Part shown: positions 49,900 to 61,479 of the stretch, in pieces
Numbering within the stretch: position 1 is the first letter of the stretch
How the letters are laid out: every line of letters starts with the position of its first letter
NCBI GenBank assembly: GCA_038496445.1
Contig: JALMLS010000537.1
Coordinates: forward strand, 18,320-82,319
Source: Trichosphaerium sp. ATCC 40318
Taxonomy: Eukaryota; Protista; Tubulinea
Reading direction: 5' to 3'
DNA: 64,000 bases
Notes under the pieces: generated by a model
The model's database searches: none
What the model saw: the letters and a program-made list of their open reading frames with translations, nothing else
What the model was told of the DNA's origin: nothing
Position numbers and translations under genes: made by a program

Positions 49900-52075
49900 C
49901 CTTAGGCTAACTAACATGCTATAAACGTGAGATTTTACAGCTGAACGAATGTAGTACGCCTTTTTTAATATCCTAACTTACTTACGTTGGAACTGTTCTC
50001 CTACCAATAATTAGAACTTGCAGTCCTACATGCATTCTCATCTTTCATGCCACTCTTTGTAGCTGGCGGTTCACTAGAAGCCAACTATTTTAGTAAAGTT
50101 GTTTGGTATTTTTCACAAGAGATGTAAAGGTGTTGATGTTTTGCTTTGAAGTGAAACACAAACCATACTATAGGCATCCACAAATATTACTAGCACAATA
50201 CATTGTCATCACTTGATGAATCTTACACAAAATTTACAGCTTAATATCAATGTCTTCATTGTAAAGTTTTACAAATTGTTTGTAACTTTTTATTTTAACA
50301 ATAGCTGTTTTTGGAAAAGTCAAAGTAACGTCAGACATTATGTGCTACGTGTTGGTACAAATAATTAACAATTTTTTTTCGATAACAAAAACTATGATTT
50401 CCATGGGAAGCAAGCTATGAAGGATTAAGCCAAAGTCAGATTAAACTGAGTATTCGAAAAAAAAAAAAAGGTACTCACATGTTGACATTGCTTCATCGTC
50501 AGCTGCTTTTCTCTTTGGTTGTGGAGAACTTGGTGCGCTTTTAGACATTTTTTTAGATTCACTTGACACTTCTTCTTTAAGGCCAGATTGGCCTGGATTT
50601 CTCTTACGCTTATCAGACTTTCTCCAACGTTTCCAACTTTTTCGTTTGTTGTTCCATCTTTTGCTCAATTTTTTTCGCAACTGCAACGCCCTGTCAGTAT
50701 ATTTACTTTATAAAATCGTACCTACTTTAGGTGATCTTCTTTGAGAAGGAGGAGACGATCCTTCTAATGACTTTGGTTGACTACCAGGTGATAAAGATTG
50801 GTCATTTGTGGTTGTTGAGTTTTGAGCTGACGGTATTGTCACTGGGCTCGATTGTGTGAGGTTCTGGCGGTTCGGCGCATGTTGCACACGAACAGATACG
50901 TTTCCAGGCGAATAAGGCGAAGTGTTATTGTGCTGTGGAGAGCCATTATCGAATGTTTGGCTCCTTCTTGGCGGTGGAGTTCTAGGAGCACTTGGAGGTG
51001 GTCCTGTGGCGCTTAATTGCCTACTATGTTGGTTCCCAAATCCTGCTTTCTCTAGCTTATCCGTTGCAGAGTCTATAACTAAGTCTTGAACAAATACAGT
51101 TGATCTTGCGACAATACTGTCAGCGTGGCTTTGATTGTGAATCGCAACAAGAAGCTAAAACAGCATTTAAATTAAGGTACACCCTTCTTTATGGACGTAC
51201 TTGACTTATATTTATAACTTTATGGCATACCCTCTTCATCTCTTCGGGTGTAAAGCGATCTGCTTTTTCTGTTTTTGGAGGTTAGTATACTAACTGCACG
51301 TGATTTTTGAAGGGTTTTTTTGGTGTTTTTTTGAAGCATTGAAATTCAGGTTCGTACGTCGTATAAAACTAATTGATGATCCCAAGCTTGCATACGCATC
51401 ATTTATAGCAGATTTAAGTATACCAATCTCCGTAAAAGAGGAAAATATCTGAGTTCTTCTTGGTACTTTTGTACTCAACCGATTTTGTTTTTGTTTAGAA
51501 ATAAGCTCCAAAGTGTTCAAGTCCACGTGCTACGAAACTGGATTAGCTAAAAACAATTTTGTGGATTTTTTGTATCCAGAAAAAAAAAACTAAGCGTAGT
51601 TCTGTTCAAGATGCATTGTGCACGTGATAATTGGCATAGTTTTCGCCTTTATTGACAAGCGTTGTCAAAAAACCAGAAGAAGTTTCGGTTGTGTAGAATA
51701 ACGAACAATTTTGAACAAAAGAAAAGTGAAAAAAAAAAGCTAATCGCGTTGTACCTTTGCTAATGTTTGGAATAATTCGTTAATATACATAAACTCTTCA
51801 GGCGAATTAAAACTTTCCAACTCGCTGTATACACCATCTACGAACTTTTCTATTACTTGTAGATTCATCAGAAGCTGTCTTTCCTGATGGTTTCGTTCTT
51901 TTGAACCCCTACCAAAGAAAAAAATTAATTGGACAATACGCATTCCTTTTTACGCTAGTAGTTTTATCTGCATAGCTACATCACGTGATTAATGCCAGAT
52001 GACATTATTTTTCTTTTCACGTTTTTTATTGCGTTTTTACGTACATTGGCGCTGCTACCTGAGTTTGTGGCTCCA
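49900..52075 (-). CDS. Hypothetical multi-exon protein with a Pro/Ser-rich central region
   Basis: Open exons with GT-AG borders (SPEEFMYINELFQTLAK; TGPPPSAPRTPPPRRSQTF; MSKSAPSSPQPKRK). Both ends approximate. Confidence 0.35.
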
Positions 52076-52340
52076 TAATCTCTGCCTTCACACGTTGCCT
52101 AAATTGTTTTTTTGGAGTTTTTTGTTGAATTTTTTTTACTTCAGTTTGTTTTGCCTTACGAAAGCCGCACCAATTAGTCACTAATTCCAGTATGTAATAG
52201 ACAAAATTATTTTAAATTGACGCTAAATACTGATACAGAAACAATAAAAACTAACGTTACAAATCTGGGAACAATAAATTAAATAATACTACACGAAAAT
52301 ATTTTATCCAAAAAAAGTAAGCTACAATGCTAATACTGTT

Positions 52341-52934
52341 TTATTCCTCGGTAGCTGTTTTTTGAGCTTTTAAGATGCCTTCCTCGTATGTATCACATAA
52401 TAGCAAACTACCAGAAGCAAGCCATACACTATGTACACCATTCATTTTGCCTACCTTATACCAACATTGAGAATATACTTTCCCGTTTTCATACCAATAC
52501 ATACACTTTCCTTCCTTCTCTCCTTCTACGTAATTCTCCTTTGAAGATAGCTCTCCATTATCATGCCAATACTTAACCTCACCATCGAGCTTACCATTCT
52601 TATAAAAGCATTGCTTCCTGAGATGACCATTCTTTCGCCAAAAAGTTGCCTTTCCGTTAAGCGCTCCGTCGTTGTACAGAACCTTTGCGCATATTTGACC
52701 ATTTAAGTACCACCTCGTACTCTCTCCATGTCTTTTACCGTTGCTAAAGTAAATACATCGTATCACGTGACCGTTCTTCCACGTGAGATATTTTCCGTGT
52801 TTTTGTAAATTGTAACTAATGCGGCTTGTAAAAGCTGTTTGTTTACAAATAAGAGGCCATATACAATACACTTCTTGATTACGATTAAAGAAAGCGTGCT
52901 GAATTTCTAGAGGCAGTTCCAACAACGTTGTCAT
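52341..52934 (-). CDS. Intronless F-box-like + MORN-variant repeat protein (paralog of 48552-49650)
   Basis: MTTLLELPLEIQHAF..IWPLICKQTAFTSRISYNLQKHG; repeats NGKRHGESTRWYLNGQ, YKNGKLDGEVKYWHDNGEL. Confidence 0.85.
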   Translation of the reverse strand: MTTLLELPLEIQHAFFNRNQEVYCIWPLICKQTAFTSRISYNLQKHGKYLTWKNGHVIRCIYFSNGKRHGESTRWYLNGQICAKVLYNDGALNGKATFWRKNGHLRKQCFYKNGKLDGEVKYWHDNGELSSKENYVEGEKEGKCMYWYENGKVYSQCWYKVGKMNGVHSVWLASGSLLLCDTYEEGILKAQKTATEE

Positions 52935-53608
52935 TGGAGTAACAGTAAACCAACTCTGTAATGCGCTCAATACCAACGCCGTACTTTGATTTGGGAGTCA
53001 AAATTAATCAAGCACTAATTTATTGGTGAGATTGGTGGCGATTTCATACATAGCAATGCACGTTTCGAATCAGGCTGGACATCTGCTTTTAGTTCGGATG
53101 TCTATGGTGAAAGCCAACTTATATGAGCCTCTGAACGGAGGCCCTAATAACAAAGGAGAAGACGTGAAAAATGTGACTATACAGCTTTCGTAAAGTTTGA
53201 CATGAAGTAAATAGTGCCCTGTTTCGCAGTTATAAATCAGAAGATTAGTTGGTTTTACTTGATTCCTGTCCTTAAAACACATGTCGAGATAAGTTAATAG
53301 AAACTGATTGGCCATCCGGTAACGCAATATGATTACTGAAATGCTTCTTGTTTGCTTTTGGCGACCAAATTGAATTCGGTATTGTTACCAACACGGCAGA
53401 ATCTCTCTCATAGGCGTACTAAGTAATACAGTAAATAGAGGTACCTGGTATTAAAGATGTTCATAATCAAAAAAATGTACATAATCTAATTCAAAGAATA
53501 AGTTGTAAAAAAACGCGCCAGTGCAAATATTTTGGTGCTTATTTTTTAACGCACAACGTAACGTTTGAATGATATCATATGCCTGTACAAAGAGCAAAAC
53601 AGTTGATT

Positions 53609-53680
53609 AGCCACGCCTGGGGCTCGAACCCAGAATCTCATGCCCCGTAAGCACGCGCCTTACCATTGGGCCAACGCGGC
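53609..53680 (-). tRNA. tRNA-Arg(ACG)
   Basis: Reverse complement GCCGCGTTGGCCCAATGGTAAGGCG-CGTGC-TTACGGG-GCATG-AGATT-CTGGGTTCGAGCCCCAG-GCGTGGC folds as a cloverleaf. Confidence 0.92.
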
Positions 53681-54109
53681 GACTATCTTGTGGTTAAATA
53701 GTGAAATGTTGTCAATGGAGTAGTTACGATGGCGCTTTTTTAATTTTCGTCTCTGAATAGTATGTCAGTACATATTTACCACCTACTTAGCTATAATGCG
53801 TCGCTGTGTTGTTTTAGTTTAACTGGTTGGAGGGAGGGTAGCAGTAGGTACAGCAGTCAAACCACTGCGTGTTGCAGCCCTTTTGGTTAAAGCAACAAAA
53901 AGCCACCACCGTTGATTACACTGTACTACCTGAAAAAAAAACGTAACAAAAGGCAAAAGTTGTAAATAATAGCTCAACTTGACAAAGAAGAGCTTAATTT
54001 TACTAATGTACAGGAAGGGTGATTGACATTTTCAGTAAAAACGTCAAAAAAAAAAACCAAAAAAAAAACCAGAAAAACGTATTTCTTCATCTTCATCATC
54101 TTCAACTTT

Positions 54110-55083
54110 TATCGGCCGCTGCTATCACTCGTCAAGACGGCTATAGCGTTTGCTGAATTATCGATCCCTATACGCGGTTTCTTTTCGCCTTGACCTGTAC
54201 TGAGTTCTTCTCGCCTAAAGCGTTTACCAGTCGTTTTCTCCAAGGTCTATCTCAACGGTTAGAAGGATTTCGTTAAAGAAAAAAAGCCAAGAGGTGTTTT
54301 AGAGCTCATATTTCGCTTGCCTTTATAACTGCAAGGCCATCTTTGACACTATCTTGGTGATTGCTGTATTTTTCCAAAACTTCATTTACTAGTTCGTCTG
54401 TTTCTTCAAGAGAGTTCATGCATTGTTGTATATGCTTTGTGTTGGTTTGTATCTCCAATACTTGACGTTTATATTCACTGTTTTCGGCTGCTACCTTATT
54501 GGAAGTTACAATTGCGTTGTAATAGTAGTGTGAGAGCGAATTTTGGAGCTAATGCGTAGGGAGCATGCTTTATATCCGTTTTGTTTTTTTTGTACCTTGA
54601 GAACAGCAGCGCGTAGTTCTGCAAGCTCCTTATCTATTCCACCGCGTCCACGCGTATTTTTACTTTTATTACTCTTTGTTTCTGGTATCTAACGGTTTCC
54701 TTTACAAAAAATAATAACGAAGCGGTTCGAACGTACGTCTACAAGGCATACATCAGGTGGTATAGAAAAAATAGCGTTCTTCTTGAGGTAAATCAAAAAT
54801 CCGTCTGCTGAGTGATCAATAGTGTTTTTTACAGAGTTTCTAAGCGATGTGCATGCCTATTCAAAAAGTTGTCAGCAAAATAACCAACAGGCGTAATTAA
54901 TTGTTAAATTACTTTGCTAATAGCTCGTAGCTCTTGTGGTTGCTTTTTTGAGAGGCGTTGTTCATAAGCCTGAAATGCTCCAATAGCCGTTTGCTCTGCA
55001 GCGTTAAAAAACTCATTTACAAATTGCTGAGCTCCAAAACCGAAGTGCAAGGCTGTTCTGCTTGGCTCTTTATCTGTGTTCAT
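54110..55083 (-). CDS. MIS12: Kinetochore protein Mis12-like
   Basis: ALHFGFGAQQFVNEFFNA...DGFLIYLKKNAIFSIPPDVCL, then coiled coil IDKELAELRAAV. Matches the Mis12 pattern (HFGF.P..F.D...N; F..Y...NIF.IP). Confidence 0.65.
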
Positions 55084-55240
55084 TTCCCGCCAATTATCTC
55101 ATAAGCTTAATACTAGCGTCTATATTATACTATTGATTGCAAATAACGCGACCTAATAGTTTTTATCTCAAAAAGCACAGCGCGCAGAACAAATAAATGG
55201 TTTGACTTTTGTAGGCGTAACTCTCGTATACTCTTACAAC

Positions 55241-55853
55241 ATGTACTTTCTAGCTCGTCTTTCATTAATCATAAGTGTGGTAGCTCTCGTAGGACAATCG
55301 ATAGCATTAACGCTTCTTCCTCCAAGTGAAGGTTACGAATTAGCTTTTGGCCCTCTTAAACAATTCCTTGTGCGTAGGCAATACTCTAGCTACATTTTAA
55401 GTTATTTAAACTCACTGAGAAAAGTGTGACGTCACAGTTTTTTAACTGACACGCTAATAGGATGACAGTCAATTACCTGATGTTTCTGAGCTAAACGAGT
55501 TCTCAAAACTTGTTGGTGTACTCATGGGCGCCGTAGCGATCATGTACATGTATATTATTTACAAAAACACTCCTGACTTACACGCGAGCGCTGCTATTTG
55601 TAAAATAGGCGTTGTTCTACAAGGCACGGGCAAACCTTATTTTTCTTCACATGAAATGTTTTTTTCTGTTGTTTACAATCATCTTTCTCTCACTTGCTTC
55701 GTATTGACACTAGTCCTAGTCGGTTACCTATTATACACTGAACAAGTAAGACACTTCTTTGGCGTTGTAGCGGTTGCAGATGCTGTCCTGGCGTCACTTA
55801 TCTTAATCGGTTTGCTCTTCGCACCATCAACAAAAAAGCAAAAAACCCATTAA
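55241..55853 (+). CDS. Small multi-TM membrane protein with KxKxx ER-retrieval motif
   Basis: Several hydrophobic segments; ends TKKQKTH. Confidence 0.5.
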
Positions 55854-56990
55854 AATCATTTCTAAACGAAGTTGTTATCATACCACATAACCCTTGCACC
55901 AAAACTACACGCGTTGGGGGTAAGAAGAAGTGATATTAGTGGCTCTTTGCGTTATGTAGCAAATGTTTTGCGAAATAAAGTGAAAATCCGTTAGCGTCGA
56001 ATTAATCACGTGACCAAAACAAACCATTGCGTATTGAACAAAACAACTTGCAAGAAGGTTCAAAGATTACATCTCTTCATTGAATGACTTCATGTATTGT
56101 GTCCATGAGAATGTTATAAATGTGGTTGCCAAGTAATTTGTTTTGACTTGTAAAAAAAAACCGTTGTGTTATGTAGTAAATAAGTTTCGCACTGAAAGTT
56201 GCTCTTGTTTGTTGTTGCTATCTTGTTGGTAATAACAGAAATGACTAACGCATCGCAGTATCGCACAACGAAGTTTCACAAGCTAAAGTTGGTTGGCTTA
56301 CAGTGGCTTGTTTCTGCGGTTTCCAACAAGAAATGCTGTGAAAGATATTGTTGTAGATTTTTATAATAAATCTGTTTTTAACTTTGTGGTCTATCTATTT
56401 TTCCTCCATTTTAATGGCAGCTCGTAATTTGGTTTCTGAGATCTTTTTGCTCCCAAAAACACTGGTTCGTCTGTAGTGAGTGCGAAATAAAACAAAAAAA
56501 ACCTTCCCACAAAAACGGAAGACCGTTTCTTGCCACTTTCATAAATAATTTTCAATACTCGGTTTTGTTCAAAAGACAGAAGTCTTTCAGTCCCATCACT
56601 AAAATTTATTCTGTCGTTGACGACAATTTAGTCAGAACACACAATAACAGGTGCACTGCTTCACAAACTCGACGCATGAAAACAACACAATACGTGGCAG
56701 CGTTGTGTGATAGTAAACCTGGCTACAACCGTAGTTTTTATTTTACAGATGACAGCACCCAGTACTTCACACCACGTGGTGCCTGAATAACGAGCTATAA
56801 AAAACAACAGCGAACGCGTTGCGTTTCACAAATGTTGTGCTTAAAAGTGATTAAACAACAAAAACTATAACACTTCGCCACACGGCCCATTTCAATCCAA
56901 AAATACATGACTATTTTCTGTCTTCCCAATGAAATTTCCAAAAATACCCTGGCAGAAATTTTTCTATCAGGGTAATATCAGCTTTCTACC

Positions 56991-58136
56991 ATGCGCATTA
57001 CAACACTTCTTGGCGCCATTGTCCTTTATCTTTATGTTGCTTCATTTGTGTCATGCCACTTCCCTATCGCTCTAGAACTACAAAGAATTCGTATAACGAA
57101 CTTTCAAGATAGTACCTGGTTCGCAACACCCACAGAAGATGAGGATTACAGCTTTGAGCACCCACTGGATATTGTGCAAAGAACAAGCTTCTTCCCAAGT
57201 GCTGGTACTTACGCTTTGAACTTTGTGAGGCGCACGTTTTTTAAACGTTTTTCAAGGTGATCCAAGGGCTCCAAAAATACGAACGGATGCCGCAATCACA
57301 GCCAGAGCTACTCTGTTGGAAAAACGTGATTACGATGTCTTTCTATTCGACAAACCCAATAATGATCCTCACTTGCTTCATGTATACGTAATGGCTACTG
57401 CCTGTCGTGAACTACGCAACTTTTACCCAGCTCTCACGTTTCTCGCTCCAGCAGGAACAATGGACTCACTTGTACGGTTTGACGTTTTGTTTTTTCTGTT
57501 GATTGATGAATTCATAGACAAATACGCCTCTTGTATCTACTGACTTTGACCCTGATGACCTTCCTTTCGATGTACCAGCTGGCTATGGTGTTAAGACGAT
57601 TCTGCAAGAAAGAGCAAGACATGGTCAAAGACGTCCTATGTGGTGTGGCCTTGATAGATTGTTCTACCCTTTCGGTAAATTCCACAGTTTGTATCTGATT
57701 GAGAGTTCTAACCCCTTATTGTACAGGTGCCGAAGAGTGTCCTGAAGCGCCTACGCCTACTTGTGATTACACGAACATTCTGAGAGCTCAGATTGATGCT
57801 GCCGCTAAATATTACTATGTAGTTTGGCATCCACAATTCCGCTACAGTCGTCGTACCATTGGTCCTTTCCCAAGACGATATGACTACGCTTTGATACGGG
57901 GTCTTGTTGAGATTTTTAGAGACCTTGAGCCTGAAGAATCTGCAGCTTTTAGAGAACGCTCGGTACGTGGTTTTGGCTTCATTTTTGTTTTGGTTTTAAC
58001 CACATTATGATTTATTTTACATATCGTGTCAATGTTTTGTTGAATGCATATTTAGGTGTATGGTGGCGGAAGACAAGTTACAACAAGATGCACTCAGCCA
58101 TATTCACCTGTTGTTTGTGATGTAGGGGAAGAATAG
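56991..58136 (+). CDS. Secreted hypothetical protein
   Basis: Signal peptide MRITTLLGAIVLYLYVASFVSC and several GT-AG exons. No family recognised. Confidence 0.55.
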
Positions 58137-58447
58137 AGAAATAGCTCAACTTGTAAAACACCATAGATAAAACCCTATTGTTACTTTTGTCCTAAAGTAA
58201 TATTGCGACTTCACTTTAGTTCACAACCTCGCTTAATGTAGTGTCCGTATTTTGGAACACGTTCGCGTAAATAGAAACTTCCGTACTGGTGTATAAATTA
58301 GAGATTACCTTCAGCGTCTCTTGTGGTACTATCCACTGTGAAGTTTTTGGCTTTCTATTTCCTAATTTCTAATTAGACTCTAGTCTGTATCTAGTTGTAG
58401 AAGTACATTGTTAAGACTATTGGTAATAATATTCAGCTTAATTGACT

Positions 58448-59725
58448 ATGCTCCATGATTTACGCTCCATTGCTATGTTAGTTTTACTAGTGGGTGTTAC
58501 TACGCATGCGCTCACGACTAGTTTTAACTACGCTAGAGATCACTGCGCAAAAACGCACGTGATATTTTTTACTTATTCTTGTTAACTTGTTTAGTGGTCA
58601 AATGCTACCAGAAATACTAACAGAAGACGACTACAAAATGTATACAAATATCTCGAGTGAGGCGAACACGTGGCTTAATATTCAACGTAGTAATGGAACG
58701 AATTTCACACGTGATTTTTGTGATCCCTGTATACTGAACGGTAATGACTGTGACAGTTGCAAGCTAGCAATGTCATCTTTCAAATGGCTGCATAGTGGCA
58801 AAACGTTCCTCGAAACAGACTTGTTTATCTCTGGTGCTAATGGAAGTATGGAGATATTTTTGACCAATTACTTTAAAAATGAGCCCACATTTACTAACGG
58901 CGGGGAGCGCAAGAGACGTGCATTCAAATGCGCAAAATGGTAGTTATTTATTGTTGTAATTCAAGAGTTACTTATAGTACCTAGGTTTTAACGACATTGC
59001 TTGTAATATCTTTCAAGCTCAAATTGTCTGTGTTGACTTTCCTCCAACTACTGAACCTACACCTACAAACACGGTTGTCATTGCAAGTAGTACTTTTTCG
59101 GTGGTAGGAACAACTTACACTACACCTGGTGCGAACAACTCAACTCAAGGCACTTCGTCCAATAACTATTTGAAGGAGATGTTGTCTTTTTGGCGAATAC
59201 AGTGCTTGTAATTGGTTCAAACTCTTCAATTTCACTAGGAGGGTGTCCTAGTTTCGAGTCTAATGTATTAGTCAATACCTCCGGTGTACAAGTATGCTTA
59301 CAACATTCTCTAAAGTTGAGTTTTTAGTAACTAATTTACTCTCCAAAGCAAGTTGATTCATTAACGTTGATTACCTTCAGAGATGATTGTGTTGTTGATA
59401 AATCAAACATATCACTTTCAGATCCAACTACATGCTTCAAACAAAGTACAACAGAACCTTGATTGTGGTTTTTATTTATTTTTGTATTTTTCCTCTAGAT
59501 ACACGTGGAAGTTTAGTTATCTTATTTTCTTCTTCAACTTGTTCAACTCAATCAGATGGTTCAGGTTTCCCAACAATAATTGTAGTAGTTACTGTATTGG
59601 TTGTTTTACTTGCCCTTGTGATTGTATTTTTGGCGCTGACGTTTATCATTCCATCATGGCGTGAACGTATTTTTCCGTACAGGATGGCTAGAACCACTAA
59701 AACGCAAGGGCAAACAATAAAATAA
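58448..59725 (+). CDS. C-type-lectin-like type I membrane protein, copy 1 (possible frameshift near 58895-58940)
   Basis: FNYARDHCAK|TGQMLPEI..TWLNIQR..FKWLHSG..NEP..|GFNDIAC..QIVC; Cys stalk; TM IIVVVTVLVVLLALVIVFLAL. Confidence 0.7.
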
Positions 59726-60016
59726 AATATCATAAAAACATTGTATTAATACAATGAAATTAGACCTGTGGAAAGTAATATTTCGACTTCACTAGTTCAC
59801 AACCTCGCTTAATGTAACGGACGTATTTTGGAACACGTTCGCGTAAATAGAAACTTCCGTACTGGTGTATAAATTAGAGAATACTTCAAGAAACAACGTC
59901 GTTTGGTACCATGAAAGTTTGGCTTCTATTTTGTATAATTTCAAATTAGACTCGAATCTAATCTGTATCTAGATTGTTAAGACTATTGGTGATAGTATCT
60001 ATTCGGTTTAATTACT

Positions 60017-61267
60017 ATGCTCCATGTATTATGCTCTATTACTCTTTTAGTCCTACTAGTGGGCGTTACCGCGCAAGTACCCACAAACAACTTTACCTAT
60101 GCTAGACTTCATTGCGCAGAAAAGCACGTGATGTTTTTTTCTATTCTTTGTTGTTAACTTGTTTAGAGGTCAAACGCTACCAGAAATACTAAACGAAGAT
60201 GATTTCGAAATGTATACAAATATCTCGGCGAACCAACACACGTGGCTTAATATTCAACGCAATAACACAACGAATTTCACAGTGGATACTTGTATACCTT
60301 GCAGACGAAGCGGTAATGATTGTGAACGTTGCAAGGAAGCAATGTCGACATTCAGGTGGCTGAATAGTGACAAAACGTTTTTTGAAACGGACTTGTTTCT
60401 ATCCAGCGCTAATGGGAGTATGCACTTGTTTTTGGAAAAATACTTTAACGACGAGCCTTCATTTGCCAGGGGCACCATGCAAGAGAGATGCAGCTTTATG
60501 CGTTTCGATGGTAGCAATGCGGATATTATTATTATTTAATTGTTGCCTAGGCTTTAATGACATTGGTTGTAGTGACTCTTTTCAAGCTGGAATAGTATGT
60601 GTTGACTTTCCTTCAACTCCTCAACCTCCAAACACAGTGCTCATTGACGGTATTTTTTCAGTTGTAGGAACAACGTACACTATACCTGGTGCGTCCAACT
60701 CAACATGCAGCAACAAATTGACGTGTAACTGTAGGTGATGTTGTTTTTTTGGGGAATACAGTGATTGTAGTCGGATCAAACTCTTCCTTTTCGATAGGAG
60801 GATGTCCTAGTTTCAACGCTAATATATCAGTCGATACCTCCGGTGTACAAGTATGATCGCATCCTCTAAAGTTTTTTGTAACTAATTTACTCTCCAAAGC
60901 AAGTTGATTCATTAACGTTGATTACCTTCAGAGATGATTGTGTTGTTGATAAATCAAACATATCACTTTCAGATCCAACTACATGCTTCAAACAAAGTAC
61001 AACAGAACCTTGATTGTCGCTTTTATTTATTTTTGTTTTTCTCTAGATACACGTGGCAGTTTAATTATTTTATTTTCTTCTTGTTCAACTCAATCAGATG
61101 GTTCAGGTTTCCCAACAATAATTGTAGTAGTTACTGTATTGGTTGTTTTACTTGCCCTTGTGATTCTATTTTTGGCGCTGACGTTTATTATTCCATCATG
61201 GCGTGAACGTATTTTTCCGTACAGGATGGCTAGAACCACTAAAACGCAAGGACAAACAATGAAATAA
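60017..61267 (+). CDS. C-type-lectin-like type I membrane protein, copy 2
   Basis: FTYARLHCAEK|GQTLPEI..TWLNIQR..FRWLNSD..DEP..QERCSFM..|GFNDIGC..GIVC; near-identical TM and tail to copy 1. Confidence 0.78.
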
Positions 61268-61479
61268 ATATGACAAAATTCAACAAAAAACAAGTTTGTA
61301 CTACACCATACACTGCGTATTCACCTCAACTTTCCTTCATTCGAATGTATGATAATGTATTGGCGCTTTCGATTACATTGCTACTTCTGTATTCCTCATA
61401 CAATTTCAAGAACAACAGACAAGAGATTTGAGGTCGGATGTGAGATTGTTGTATACATAAAGAAAAGTGCTCATTTTAT

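Larger units (their letters stand above)
58194..61270 (+). repeat. Tandem segmental duplication (unit about 1.55 kb) including the upstream region
   Basis: AAAGTAATATT.CGACTTCACT..AGTTCACAACCTCGCTTAATGTA at about 58194 and 59771. The two gene copies are colinear. Confidence 0.92.

Noticed and set aside
48552-53330. Endogenous giant-virus insertion
   Set aside because: No viral hallmark genes (capsid, polB, packaging ATPase) are seen, and the MORN genes are interspersed with an intron-rich host gene and lie next to a tRNA.
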